DNA of 64,000 nt from an uncultured Desulfosarcina sp. (GCA_963674945.2 CAXXWQ010000004.1:576001-640000); one strand, 5' to 3'. Positions 8,983 through 19,606 are shown, counted from the stretch's first letter. Notes: generated from the sequence alone by a model not told the origin. A program made the numbers and translations.

Positions 8983-9132
8983 GATAAACTTGTAAGATGT
9001 CGGATTTCGGACGGCTTTGTAAAAAGTTCGAGATCAAGGATTGCGAGTCCCGAGGAATGAGGCGTACATATAGTACGCCTCAGTGACGAGGGATGAAGCG
9101 TAACGCCGATATCGGATTTTTTACGAAGCCGT
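8983..9132. mobile_element. MITE-like non-autonomous repeat
   Basis: 21-bp terminal inverted repeats at 9011-9031 and 9112-9132 (3 mismatches); internal hairpin TGAGGCGTAC-ATATA-GTACGCCTCA; extra end-like segment 8983-9006 matching 34097-34120. Confidence 0.7.
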
Positions 9133-9159
9133 AAATGATAAAGGCGAAAGGATGGACAT

Positions 9160-10224
9160 ATGTTGCGATTTGTTAAGAGAAGTCGAAAAAAAGCCGGCAG
9201 CGCACCGGGAACGCTGGTGCACGTCGGCGAGCAGAAAACAGACCGGCCTCGCATCACCATCATGGATTATGATGATGACCAATTGACCGAACGCCGGGTA
9301 GACACGATCGATGAACTCATACCGTTCATGAACTCGCCCACAAGGACCTGGGTCAATATCGACGGGATCCACGACCTGTCCATGATCGAAAGAATCGGTG
9401 AACATTTCGGCATTCATCCGCTGACGCTGGAGGACATTGTCAACACCGGGCATCGACCCAAACTCGAATCCTTCGACAATTATCTGTTTATCGTCCTCAA
9501 AATGCTGCAACACAATACCGAAGATGGCCAGGTGACCTCCGAACAGATTAGTATCCTGCTCGGCACCCATTGGTTGATCTCTTTGCAGGAGGCGCCGGGT
9601 GATACCTTCGACCCGGTGCGTGAACGCCTCCGCAAGGGAAAGGGGCGCATCCGCAAATCAGACTGCGATTATTTGGCCTACGCCCTGATGGATAACGTCG
9701 TGGATCACTACTTTCATATTCTGGAGACAATCGGCACGCAAATCGAGGAAGTGGATGACGCCGTGACCGAAAACCCGCAGACCGATGTTCTTCAGGTTAT
9801 CCATTCGCTGAAGCAGGAGGTGATATATCTTCGCAGACAGGTGTGGCCCCTGCGTGAAATCGTAAATCACATGACAAGAGAGGAGACGGAGCTGATTCAC
9901 GACAGCACCCGGCTATATCTCGGTGACGTGTATGACCATGTGGTGCAGGTGATGGATACCATCGAGAGTTACCGCGACCTCTTGGGTGGCATGCTCGAAC
10001 TGTACATTTCCATGGTGAGCAACCGCATGAACGAGGTAATGAAGGTGCTGACCATCATCGCCACCATCTTTATTCCCATTACTTTTGTTGCCGGGATATA
10101 CGGCATGAACTTCAAATACATGCCGGAACTTGATTGGCCATGGGGATACGGCCTTGCCTGGGTCGTCATGGTTGCGATGGTCGTTGCCATGCTTCTCTTT
10201 TTCAGAAAAAAGAGATGGATGTGA
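9160..10224 (+). CDS. corA: magnesium/cobalt transporter CorA
   Basis: HPLTLEDI, RPKLE, MNEVMKVLT, YGMNF signature, two C-terminal TM helices. Confidence 0.97.
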   Translation: MLRFVKRSRKKAGSAPGTLVHVGEQKTDRPRITIMDYDDDQLTERRVDTIDELIPFMNSPTRTWVNIDGIHDLSMIERIGEHFGIHPLTLEDIVNTGHRPKLESFDNYLFIVLKMLQHNTEDGQVTSEQISILLGTHWLISLQEAPGDTFDPVRERLRKGKGRIRKSDCDYLAYALMDNVVDHYFHILETIGTQIEEVDDAVTENPQTDVLQVIHSLKQEVIYLRRQVWPLREIVNHMTREETELIHDSTRLYLGDVYDHVVQVMDTIESYRDLLGGMLELYISMVSNRMNEVMKVLTIIATIFIPITFVAGIYGMNFKYMPELDWPWGYGLAWVVMVAMVVAMLLFFRKKRWM

Positions 10225-10281
10225 AAGCCGGGGCAGATACTTTCTTTCGTTTCACGACCGATTCGGTCGATGGAAAGGTTG

Positions 10282-10659
10282 TCATCTGGAATCTCCCGTG
10301 CGTCGATCTTTCAGTTTTCGTATTTCGTTCAACAGCTCTTCTTCCCGCTCATGCATGTGCGCTTGCATCCCATCGAGTCGAGCCTGCATCTCTGTAACAC
10401 ATCGGCGCATGCGGAGTATAAAGTCGATGGCATTAAGGTCGAACCCCAGATCTTCATAAAAGTGCCGGATTCGGATAAGCCTGCAAACCATCTTGTCATC
10501 GTATCCCTTTTCGCCTTCAACGACTGTTGCCTGGATCAGGTTTTCCCTTTCACATTCATCGACAAATGAAATCGTGACGCGTGCCGCCCTGGCGGCCGAC
10601 GGTACGGGATAGAAGCGCCGGCGCGTATCCAGCCGGATTTCAATCGTGCTTTCGGTCAT
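10282..10659 (-). CDS. cbpM: chaperone modulator CbpM-like (MerR-type)
   Basis: ATGA overlap with the cbpA stop; [25 protein letters not shown] pattern followed by a coiled coil. Confidence 0.75.
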   Translation of the reverse strand: MTESTIEIRLDTRRRFYPVPSAARAARVTISFVDECERENLIQATVVEGEKGYDDKMVCRLIRIRHFYEDLGFDLNAIDFILRMRRCVTEMQARLDGMQAHMHEREEELLNEIRKLKDRRTGDSR

Positions 10660-11630
10660 CGTCGATCTCCTTCCCGCGTTTTTTTCCATTGTTGAATGAT
10701 CGCCTTCTCCTCGGCAGACAGGGTTTTCGGCAACGCAGCCGCTACGGTGACAAATAAATCCCCGCGTTTTTCCGGATTTCTCATCAGGGGCATTCCTAAC
10801 CCCTTTAAACGAAAAGTCCGTCCGTTCGGTGTCTGTGAAGAGATGTCCAGGCGCACCGACCTGTCGATACCGGTCACCGTCACGCTTCCTCCGAGCAGCA
10901 TCGTGAACAGGTCCACGATAATGGTTGTGCTCAAATCGTCTCCATTGCGCTGGAACCGTGAATCGGGAAGGACATCTACCATCAGGAAGAGATTCCCCGG
11001 TTCCCCCCCGCGGGCGCCCGGCGCCCCCTGGCCCTTCAAGCGTACCCGGGAGCCGGTCTGGACCCCGCGCGGTATCTTCGCCTTGATCGTGCGACCGTCC
11101 TCCCACTGCAGAGAACGCGTGGTGCCGTGAAAGGCTTCATCCAAAGTTACTGACACCCCGTACTCGCTGTCCCGGCCGTGGCGGGGAGAAGAAAAAGAAA
11201 TGTCTTCGCCACCGAATCCACCGGCCGACCTTTGCTTTGCAGTGCCACCGAAAAGGGTTTCAAAGAAATCGGAATAGCCCCCGGCGCCACCGAACAATGT
11301 CTCGAACTCTTCGGGGGTCACCGTGCGATAGGAGTAGCTGCTCTCCGATTCAGGGCGCCATTGCTCCCAATTATAACCATCGGGGTTTCCGCCGCTTTCA
11401 CGGTAGCTCTTCCATTGCGATCGGAACTGATCGTATTTTTTTCGCTTCTCCGGATCGGAAAGCACCTCCTTGGCCTCGTTGATTTCTTTGAATTTGCCCT
11501 CTGCGGCCTCGTTACCGGGATTGTGGTCCGGATGAAACTTTCTCGCCAGCTTGCGGTAGGCTTTCTTTATTTCATCCTGGCTCGCGTTGGCATCGATTTC
11601 CAGGATGCCGTAGTAGTCTTTGTACTCCAT
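10656..11630 (-). CDS. cbpA: DnaJ-class chaperone CbpA (J domain + C-terminal domain, no zinc finger)
   Basis: [13 protein letters not shown] motif, [15 protein letters not shown], no CxxCxGxG repeats. Confidence 0.9.
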   Translation of the reverse strand: MEYKDYYGILEIDANASQDEIKKAYRKLARKFHPDHNPGNEAAEGKFKEINEAKEVLSDPEKRKKYDQFRSQWKSYRESGGNPDGYNWEQWRPESESSYSYRTVTPEEFETLFGGAGGYSDFFETLFGGTAKQRSAGGFGGEDISFSSPRHGRDSEYGVSVTLDEAFHGTTRSLQWEDGRTIKAKIPRGVQTGSRVRLKGQGAPGARGGEPGNLFLMVDVLPDSRFQRNGDDLSTTIIVDLFTMLLGGSVTVTGIDRSVRLDISSQTPNGRTFRLKGLGMPLMRNPEKRGDLFVTVAAALPKTLSAEEKAIIQQWKKTREGDRR

Positions 11631-12093
11631 TGGCGTTTCACCGTTGATCCGTATTTGGGTATCGTTTCTTTTGAGAGTACCCGAAATGCAATGCGAAGGT
11701 AGCACAGTATGATCATATAAGACGCCTGCCGGTCAACCCAAAGATCTTTATTGTTGTTTTCAATCCATGACCGGTTCGTTCGGCCAAGCAGAACCTGTTC
11801 CTGACTGCCGGAAATGAAAAATTGTATTTACAACACGCCTGTCAATGCGCTTTATTGGCAGGGTGAAATGGACGATGGTCGAGAAAACCAATGACCGTCC
11901 GTTATTACTTGTTCGTTTTATTAGTGCATAGATGAGCAAAGGATGCCGTCAAATATATTGCACATGCCTCGTCCCGCTGCGCTGCCGGGCAGGCAATTAT
12001 CGGAAGACCTCGTATGTCCGGTTTTGGGGAGAGGAGGACATCCGCTGTCACGTTTACAAGACGATATGAAAAATTTGTGACATCGAGAATACT

Positions 12094-12630
12094 TTGATGC
12101 CCACATTTTTGAAAACGATTTATCAGCGGTTCATACGCATAAGGGGTAATCCGCGGGAAGTTGCGCTCGGATTTGCCCTGGGCCTGTTTATCGGGTTCAC
12201 CCCAACCATGGGAGGACAAATCCTCATCTCCGTTTTTTTGGCATCCGTGTTCAAATGGAACAAAATTACAGCGGCGATCGGGGTTCAGGTCACCAATCCG
12301 TTTTCGGCACCATTGATTTACGGGTTCACCTATGTCATTGGTGCGAAACTGATCGGCGTGCAAAGGCCTGTTGATTTTGAACTCACCTTCAACTGGCATG
12401 GTATCGTCTCCATGATGGACCAGGCGCCGACAATATTCTTGTCATTGACCGTCGGTGGGATCATCATCGGCATACCTGTCGCGGCGATCGGGTATTTTGC
12501 GAGTTACGCTGCGGTTGAACGCTATCAACAAAATCTCAAAGAGAAATTGGCCCGCCAAAAAGAACGTCTACAGCAGAAAATGGCCCAGAGAAAATCCCGC
12601 AGGCAAAACAGGAAGCAGTCCCGGCACTGA
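12094..12630 (+). CDS. DUF2062 family membrane protein
   Basis: PREVALGFALGLFIGFTP, NPF..PLIY. Confidence 0.85.
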   Translation: MMPTFLKTIYQRFIRIRGNPREVALGFALGLFIGFTPTMGGQILISVFLASVFKWNKITAAIGVQVTNPFSAPLIYGFTYVIGAKLIGVQRPVDFELTFNWHGIVSMMDQAPTIFLSLTVGGIIIGIPVAAIGYFASYAAVERYQQNLKEKLARQKERLQQKMAQRKSRRQNRKQSRH

Positions 12631-12712
12631 TGGCCGCTGGCTGGCATCGAACAGGGAAAGGTTGAATAGCCGATCACGGCGGACAACAATTGACCTCCCG
12701 TGTCTGTGAATT

Positions 12713-12870
12713 TTACAGCAGATAGGACTGGCACAGCACCGCGAAACCGAGGAAGGCAAAAAAGCCCACGATGTCCGTCACCGTCGTCATGATGCGACCG
12801 ACGCTTCCTTTCGGATATTCCAAAAGGTCTCGGATCTCTTTCATCTGTTTTTTTTGAGGCGTTAGAAGGA
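12713..12870 (-). pseudogene. mgtE: internally deleted mgtE magnesium transporter remnant
   Basis: IRDLLEYPKGSVGRIMTT (pre-CBS segment) fused directly to TTVTDIVGFFAFLGFA (last TM helix). Confidence 0.8.
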
Positions 12871-12894
12871 AACCACGCAATACGAAAACAGGTT

Positions 12895-13590
12895 TCAGTG
12901 CAGCGGAATTGTTTTCACCATCGATTTCACCCCGTACCTTGCAAGCTCTTGCACCGTCAGCCATTGAAGCCCCATCCCGATCTGTTTTATCCCACCGAGT
13001 ACATCTTCCGAAAGAACCTTTTGGGTGCCATCGAAGCTGTCATGCCACAGCCGTTGGCCGGTTTCGACCCGAACGAGATAAAGGGCGAAGCCGACCGATG
13101 CGGGATTTTCCGGAATCTCTCCCTTTTCCCTGAACCGCCACACGGTTCCGACGACAATCATGTCAGCACCCAACACCTCCCCAAGCCCGACGGCGAGTTT
13201 GCGCGGCGTGTCGTTGGCCGGATTGCCGGACAGCCGGCGGTACGTTGCCGAGACAAGATCAGCCGGAACCAATCGTTCCGGGAAACGATGTTTCAATGCA
13301 TCGTAAACGATGCGGTTCATGGTCGTATCCGAACCTTCCGGCAGACTTTGGTCGTCGAAGGTCAGCTGAGACAAAGTCTTGCTCAGCGGTTTGGCGATGG
13401 TCTGGTCCGAGGCCTGCAACCGGCCACTAAGAAACGGCATCAATGCGATCCGGGAGAAACCATGGCCTTCACGTGGAATCTGAGGGGCTTTTGACGTTGC
13501 ACCACATTCGTCGCAGAAAAATTCAAAAAGCAGCAACGCGGCGGCGATAAAAACAAAGTACATCATGATGCTTTTTTTTACTGGATACAC
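12895..13590 (-). CDS. exported hypothetical protein (CsgG/LpoB-like alpha/beta fold possible)
   Basis: Hydrophobic N-terminus; IALMPF, GADMIVVGTV, LVRVETGQRLW; GTG start with RBS. Confidence 0.7.
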   Translation of the reverse strand: MYPVKKSIMMYFVFIAAALLLFEFFCDECGATSKAPQIPREGHGFSRIALMPFLSGRLQASDQTIAKPLSKTLSQLTFDDQSLPEGSDTTMNRIVYDALKHRFPERLVPADLVSATYRRLSGNPANDTPRKLAVGLGEVLGADMIVVGTVWRFREKGEIPENPASVGFALYLVRVETGQRLWHDSFDGTQKVLSEDVLGGIKQIGMGLQWLTVQELARYGVKSMVKTIPLH

Positions 13591-13812
13591 CCTTATCCTC
13601 CAACTTGAGTAAACGTCCAGACCAAGGTATTGCCACGCCGGCAGACAAATGCCGGCGCGCACGACCGAATTGTAATCAAATTATCTGATTAGCGGATTGA
13701 ACGGCGGTACACAACATGGTAAAAGAAGATGACCGGCGATTGCCGCAGCGTTTCTGCAACGCCGGTATCTGCGCCCGGCATTTACGAAAATCCAATTCGC
13801 CCCCAAAACAAC

Positions 13813-14448
13813 ATGAACAGAGTCGAAACCATTATCACCGGAACATCCGCCCTGCTATTGACGGTATATCACCTCCATCTCTATTTCACCATACGGCGTT
13901 ATCCCGAGAGGACCGCGGTGGGAATGACCAACATGATGCGGCAAAAATGGGTCGAGACGATCATGACGGATCGGCGGGACATTCTGGCGGTGCAAACCCT
14001 GCGCAACTGGGTGATGGCATCCAGCCTGCTGGCCTCCACTGCGATCCTTATCGCCCTGGGTATCCTCAATACGGCCATTCGGCCCGGCGGTTTCAGGGAA
14101 ATCACCCAGGCATTGAACCTGGTCGGTACGCCCAGCGAAACGCTGTGGGCGGTTAAATTGATGCTGCTGGCGGTGGACTTTTTTCTGGGATTTTTCAATT
14201 TCACCCTGGCAATCCGGTACTTCAATCACGCCGGGTACGGATTGGGCCTTCCTGATCTGCACCGAGGTGTTGAAAGCCATGAATTTGTCGTGGAGGTGGT
14301 GAATCATGCAAGCTCGCATTATACCATCGGTATGCGTTGCTACTATCTGGCGATTCCTTTGGGCCTGTGGTTGTTCGGTGCCACATGGATGCTCATGGGA
14401 TCCATGTTATTGCTGGCCGTGCTCTATCGGCTGGATAGAACGGTTTGA
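13813..14448 (+). CDS. DUF599 family membrane protein
   Basis: RQKWVETIM, ILAVQTLRNWVMASSLLAST, IRYFNHA, GMRCYY. Confidence 0.88.
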   Translation: MNRVETIITGTSALLLTVYHLHLYFTIRRYPERTAVGMTNMMRQKWVETIMTDRRDILAVQTLRNWVMASSLLASTAILIALGILNTAIRPGGFREITQALNLVGTPSETLWAVKLMLLAVDFFLGFFNFTLAIRYFNHAGYGLGLPDLHRGVESHEFVVEVVNHASSHYTIGMRCYYLAIPLGLWLFGATWMLMGSMLLLAVLYRLDRTV

Positions 14449-14481
14449 ATGGCGAATTAAAGATTATGGTCGAGACAATAG

Positions 14482-15390
14482 ATGAACTGGAACGCTCTTT
14501 TCTTTGAGACCCCTTTTTTCACCCGCCTGCTCAGCACCCTGGTGCTCATCGCCGTCGCCGTAAGCGTCCGGACCATCGTCGTCCGCCGATTGATGAAAAA
14601 AGAGGAAGTGGACGCCACGAGCCGGCGTCGGTGGATCGTGACGGCCAGAAACATCACGTTTCTCGTCGCGTTCATCATCATTGTGGTAATCTGGCTGGAA
14701 CAGCTGAGGGCCGTGGCCGCCACCATTGTGGTGATCGCCGCGGCCATCGTCGTGGCCACCAAGGAGTTTTTGCTCAACATCATCGGATTCATTTACCAAA
14801 GCACCGCCAAATTTGCAGAAGTGGGAGATCGCATCGAGATCGATGGAATCCGCGGGGACCTCATCGACCAGAGTATGCTGGGCTTCACATTGATGGAGAT
14901 CGGTTCCGGTGAGAAAACAAACCAGTATACCGGCCTCACTATTCACGTGCCCAATGTCCGGTACCTGTCGGGCATCGTTAAAAACGAAACCCGCATGTGG
15001 GGGGACTATGTGTTTCACCTGATTACGATTCCCATCGACAATACACCGGAATGGACACTTTCCGAAAAAGCCCTGCTGACGGCGGCCGACGAAGTCGTTC
15101 GGCCATACATTCATGTCGCCAAACGATATATGACTACCAGGGCACGCCACCAGAGCCTGGACGAGCCCAATGTCGATCCCCGGGTGAACATACAAATGTC
15201 GTCTCCAAGCCTGCTGAACCTGATTCTCCGGATACCCGTCCCCACCCGCCACCGCGGGAGAGTGGAGCAGGAGGTGACGCGCCGTTATATGACGATATTG
15301 GATGAAATGAAAAAGCGGCAGCCGGCCTCATCCAGCGGCGAAAAGCCTGCCGAGACCATAGATTCTTCAGAGTCCCCTGAACCGGCATAG
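14482..15390 (+). CDS. mscS: small-conductance mechanosensitive channel family protein
   Basis: Three N-terminal TM helices, VGDRIEIDGIRGD, IHVPN. Confidence 0.9.
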   Translation: MNWNALFFETPFFTRLLSTLVLIAVAVSVRTIVVRRLMKKEEVDATSRRRWIVTARNITFLVAFIIIVVIWLEQLRAVAATIVVIAAAIVVATKEFLLNIIGFIYQSTAKFAEVGDRIEIDGIRGDLIDQSMLGFTLMEIGSGEKTNQYTGLTIHVPNVRYLSGIVKNETRMWGDYVFHLITIPIDNTPEWTLSEKALLTAADEVVRPYIHVAKRYMTTRARHQSLDEPNVDPRVNIQMSSPSLLNLILRIPVPTRHRGRVEQEVTRRYMTILDEMKKRQPASSSGEKPAETIDSSESPEPA

Positions 15391-15440
15391 TGATCCGAGG
15401 CAACGATTATCGGGGATGAATCGCGACAAGGAAGAATGAA

Positions 15441-16381
15441 ATGAAGACAGAAATAACCAATCATCCTGTTCCGGCCCTTGTTTTCCTGGCCATTTTTATG
15501 CTGATCCTATTCGGTGGTGAGGCGGGTGCCCATGCCGCCACCAACCCGAAGACCTTTTCCGGTCTGGTAAAAAAAGCCGGCCCGAGTGTGGTGAATATCC
15601 TGGTCACCAAGGTAGTCAAAACCGATGGGACGGATCAGTCCCCCTTCGGATCCGACGACCCTTTCCGGGATTTTTTCGACCGCTATTTCGGCAACAGAAT
15701 GCCGCGCGAATACCGTCAGGGAGCCCTGGGCACCGGATTTGTCATCGACGCCAAGGGAAAGTACACAGGGCCTATCTGGGAGTGATGATTCAGGATATTA
15801 CACCCGAACTGAAGAAGAAACTACGGCTGGAAACGGAAAACGGTGCATTGGTTTCCGATATAGCACCCGATGGACCGGCAGCCAAGGCCGGTATTCTGCG
15901 CGGCGACGTCATCACCGCGGTGGACGGCAAAACGGTGAAGAGTTCCCGGGATCTTCCGATCATGATCGCCGCCAAACCCATCGGCAAGCCGGTTGCGCTG
16001 AAGTTGCTGCGCCAGGGAAAAAAGATCGTTCTGAATGTGACCACGACGGAAATGACCGATGAAGAACCGACCGCCCAGCCCCAGGAAGATGTGTACGCCA
16101 AATTCGGCATGTCCATTCAGACCCTGACAGCCGATGTGGCCAGGGCATACGGCCTGCTGCGCTCTCAGGGGATACTTGTCATGCAGGTGGCCCAGGGATC
16201 GCCTGCGGCCGAAGCCGGTCTTCAGCCGGGCGATGTGATCATCGAGGTGGACCAGCGGGAGGTTTCCAACTTGGATGCCTTCCAACGATCGGTCGAGAAA
16301 GAGGAAAAAGGGGAATCCCTTCTGCTGCTCGTGGACCGGGGCGGCAGCACAATATTTCTGACCATGGCGCCGTTGCAATAA
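15441..16381 (+). pseudogene. degP: DegP/DegQ (HtrA) protease with protease domain deleted and frameshifted; two PDZ domains intact
   Basis: Signal peptide, PSVVNI, GALGTGFVIDAKG, then in another frame GKVHRAYLGVMIQDITPEL + PDZ1 + PDZ2; no TNNHV or GNSGG. Confidence 0.88.
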
Positions 16382-16416
16382 GGAATGGGGGAAAAAGGAA
16401 AGTTGGATATAAAAAT

Positions 16417-16540
16417 TTGATTCGTCGTATTCAAACCGGGTGCTTTGCACCCGGAACCAACCCCAACAATGAAAGCACTGATGTGCTTATAGATATCCGG
16501 GCTATGGCCGAATATCCAAGCCACTCGTTTTGCTGGTGGT
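16417..16540 (+). repeat. 124-bp dispersed intergenic repeat, copy 1
   Basis: Aligns with the reverse complement of 45275-45398; shared core TATTCAAACCGGGTGCTTTGCACCCGGAACCAACCC. Confidence 0.85.
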
Positions 16541-16595
16541 CGTTGCCTCTCATGAAAAAAAACATGCCTCGAGCATGGCTATACATGGAAAAGTT

Positions 16596-18152
16596 TTACA
16601 CGCCTTTTTGTCCGTCCGGTACGGTTTTCCATACGATTTCATATAATTCCTTACGTCGACTTTGCAGATTGCGGACACTTCCCTGTTGCCGAAGCTCTTT
16701 CAGCAGATCCAGGTCCAGATCCACCATCAGCGTCATCTCCGTGTTGGGTGTCGCTTCTGCGGCAATGGCATCATGGGGGAACGCAAAATCCGATGGCGTG
16801 AAGACTGCCGACTGCGAGTACTGGATATCCATGTTTTCGATTTTCGGCAGGTTGCCCACGCTGCCGGAAATGGCCACATAGCATTCGTTCTCGATTGCCC
16901 TGGCCTGGGCGCAACGGCGAACCCGGAGGTAGGCGTTTTTCGTGTCGGTCCAAAAGGGTACGAATAGGATCGTCATTCCCTGGTCCACAAGATAACGTGC
17001 CAATTCGGGGAATTCCACGTCATAGCAGATGAGGATGCCGATTTTGCCGATATCGGTGTTGAATATTCGGATTTCATCCCCCCCTTTTAGTCCCCAGTAT
17101 TGAAATTCGTCCGGTGTAATATGCAGCTTGTACTGGGCACCCCAGGTGCCGTCCCGGCGGCATAAATAGGACACATTGTACAGATTGCCGTCTTTGAGCA
17201 GGGGCATGCTGCCCGCGATGATATTGGTGTTATAGGAAATGGCCATATTGACGAAGGCGGACTGGATTTTTTCGGTATATTCCGCCAGTGACCGCATGGC
17301 TTCGGCGGTGTTTTCCTGGTTAAAGTTTTTCAACAGCGGTGCATTGAGCAACTCCGGAAACAGCACCAGATCCGAATTATATCCCGCAACCGCATCGACG
17401 AAGAATTCCGCCTGCTGCAAAAAATCGTCCAGGTTGTTGAAGGGCCGCATCTGCCATTGTACGACACCGATTCTGGGGTAGGATTTCCTGCCGCCGAAAA
17501 GCGTAGGCCGTTTCTCATAATGGATATTGTTCCACTCCATCAGGACCCCGTAAGCTTCGGACTGGGTGTCTTCGGGAATGTAATTTTTAACGATGTTTTT
17601 GATGTGAAAATCATTTGACAGCTGAAAGGACAACACCGGGTCGTAAATTTCGTTTGCCTTAACTTTTCTGATATATTCGGAAGGCGACAGTTTGCCGGAA
17701 TGTTCGGCATACCCCGGAATTCGCCCGCCGAAGATAATGCTTTTCAGGTTCAGCTTCTCGCACAACTCCTTGCGGGCATCGTAGAGTCGTCTTCCAAGAC
17801 GCAGCCCGCGGTAGTCCGGATCGACAAATATGTCGACGCCGTAAAGTGTATTTCCATCCGGATCGTGCGCCGACATCTTCCCCCCGCCGACAACATCGTT
17901 ATACGTATGACGTCTTTCGAAATCCTCTGCGTTCACAAGAACGGAGAGGGCTGCGGCAACAACCTTTCCGTTATCCTCAATACAAATCTGTCCTTCGGGA
18001 AAATGACCGATCAGTGTGTCGTATTCATGGGGCTGCCATGCGCCGCCCATCCCCTTGTACACCCGGTCCATAATTTCTTTGATATAAGAATAGTCTTCGT
18101 GTTGTAATCCGCGAAGTACCAGTTTGTATTCGGTCTGTTCCGTTTTTGTCAT
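16596..18152 (-). CDS. bifunctional GNAT / carbon-nitrogen hydrolase (nitrilase superfamily) protein
   Basis: VDPDYRGLRLGRRLY (GNAT motif A); FPE, YKLH, ICYDVEFPE catalytic triad. Confidence 0.93.
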   Translation of the reverse strand: MTKTEQTEYKLVLRGLQHEDYSYIKEIMDRVYKGMGGAWQPHEYDTLIGHFPEGQICIEDNGKVVAAALSVLVNAEDFERRHTYNDVVGGGKMSAHDPDGNTLYGVDIFVDPDYRGLRLGRRLYDARKELCEKLNLKSIIFGGRIPGYAEHSGKLSPSEYIRKVKANEIYDPVLSFQLSNDFHIKNIVKNYIPEDTQSEAYGVLMEWNNIHYEKRPTLFGGRKSYPRIGVVQWQMRPFNNLDDFLQQAEFFVDAVAGYNSDLVLFPELLNAPLLKNFNQENTAEAMRSLAEYTEKIQSAFVNMAISYNTNIIAGSMPLLKDGNLYNVSYLCRRDGTWGAQYKLHITPDEFQYWGLKGGDEIRIFNTDIGKIGILICYDVEFPELARYLVDQGMTILFVPFWTDTKNAYLRVRRCAQARAIENECYVAISGSVGNLPKIENMDIQYSQSAVFTPSDFAFPHDAIAAEATPNTEMTLMVDLDLDLLKELRQQGSVRNLQSRRKELYEIVWKTVPDGQKGV

Positions 18153-18706
18153 TGCCGTTCCGTATTTGATTTGTAAATCCCTTAATTTCCGAGAACATAT
18201 TTTCCATGCGTCGTATGATCCGCACCGTCAATAGGATTCGCGGCCCTTCATCATGCCAAAGAGAGGCAAGAAGAAGAGATACAACCACATTGGCACATTG
18301 CTCACGATAGTGATTAGAATTCCCTGGCCGCTTTGTCAAACGCAACTTGCAGTCTCTTGCAACTCTCCCTGTGAAGCCGGTCTTGACATCCTCCCGGACT
18401 TTGCCGGATCTTTGTTTCCATACGCCATACCACCCCGCCGCCTGGATGCCCTGTTTTCCAAAAGCTTCATTGACAATGACGCACATCAGCAGAATCGAAC
18501 TGTATTTAGGATCGGAAAGGGTGTGATGTGTTCTGGTAAAATTTGACAGAATGGAAAACTTCATGACAAGGTATCATGTCTCCATAATGCCTCAACAACC
18601 CAAGACGTAATGATCGACAAACCAATTCATTATGTTCATTCAAAACTCTATCAAGATGGCATATTGCTTGCTTTTCTTCGGTTTGAAAAAAAAGTGGAGA
18701 GTGCCC

Positions 18707-19537
18707 ATGTCCATCGAAAAGTACCGTCATCCATTTCTCTTTTATGGGTTGTCCACGGCAATTCCGTGGGCATTCTGGTTCGCGGCTGCGTACACAAGCC
18801 ATATGACACCGACAAGCGAATTTCTCAGCGCATTGGTCGGCATCCTGGGTGTTACAGGACTGCTCGGGCCGACGGCAATCGCATTCTTTATGATATGGCC
18901 CCACGCAGAGATGCGGGTGGATCTCAAACGCCGCATCATCGGCCTAAAGGGCATTAGACCCGCTTATATCTTCACGACGTGTTTCCTCATGCTTGCCAGC
19001 ATCCTGCTGGCGCAGGCAATCTCCTTGCTTTTCGGTCATAGCGCGGATCAATTTCTTCTTGCCGGCAAGTCTTCGTTCTCTGCCGGCATCTTTCCCGGAT
19101 GGTTCCTGCTCCTCCTTGCACCGCTGGTGGAGGAACTGGCATGGCATTCCTACGGTACGGACTGCCTGCGGCAGCGCATGAATTTGCTGACCACCTCCCT
19201 CCTCTTTGGTCTCTTCTGGGCCCTGTGGCACATGCCGCTTTCGTTCATCAAGGGATATTATCACAGCAACGTGGCGGAAACCGGGCTTCTTTACAGTATC
19301 AACTTCATGGCCAGCCTGATTCCCTATGTCGTATTGATGAACTGGCTGTATTACAAGACGAACCGCAGCATACTCGTGGCGATTGTTTTTCATATTACGG
19401 CGGGATGCTTTAACGAGGTGTTTCGAACACATCCTGACAGCAAGGTCATCCAGACCGTCCTCTTACTTTTGTTGTCCATCATTGTGGTGGTGAAAAATCC
19501 CGATTTCTTTCTGCGGCGAGAATATCGGGAAGGCTGA
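18707..19537 (+). CDS. CPBP (Abi/CAAX) family intramembrane metalloprotease
   Basis: EELAWHSY, WALWH, FHITA; multiple TM helices. Confidence 0.9.
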   Translation: MSIEKYRHPFLFYGLSTAIPWAFWFAAAYTSHMTPTSEFLSALVGILGVTGLLGPTAIAFFMIWPHAEMRVDLKRRIIGLKGIRPAYIFTTCFLMLASILLAQAISLLFGHSADQFLLAGKSSFSAGIFPGWFLLLLAPLVEELAWHSYGTDCLRQRMNLLTTSLLFGLFWALWHMPLSFIKGYYHSNVAETGLLYSINFMASLIPYVVLMNWLYYKTNRSILVAIVFHITAGCFNEVFRTHPDSKVIQTVLLLLLSIIVVVKNPDFFLRREYREG

Positions 19538-19606
19538 CAATTATGTATCGAAAAGATGCCCAGGATCTGTCAGGAACGATGCGTTAAAACGGGTCCATAA
19601 GAGAGG

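Noticed and set aside
10282..11106. 274-aa ORF as listed in the track
   Set aside because: Only the last 125 codons (from 10659) look real; the rest overlaps cbpA out of frame.
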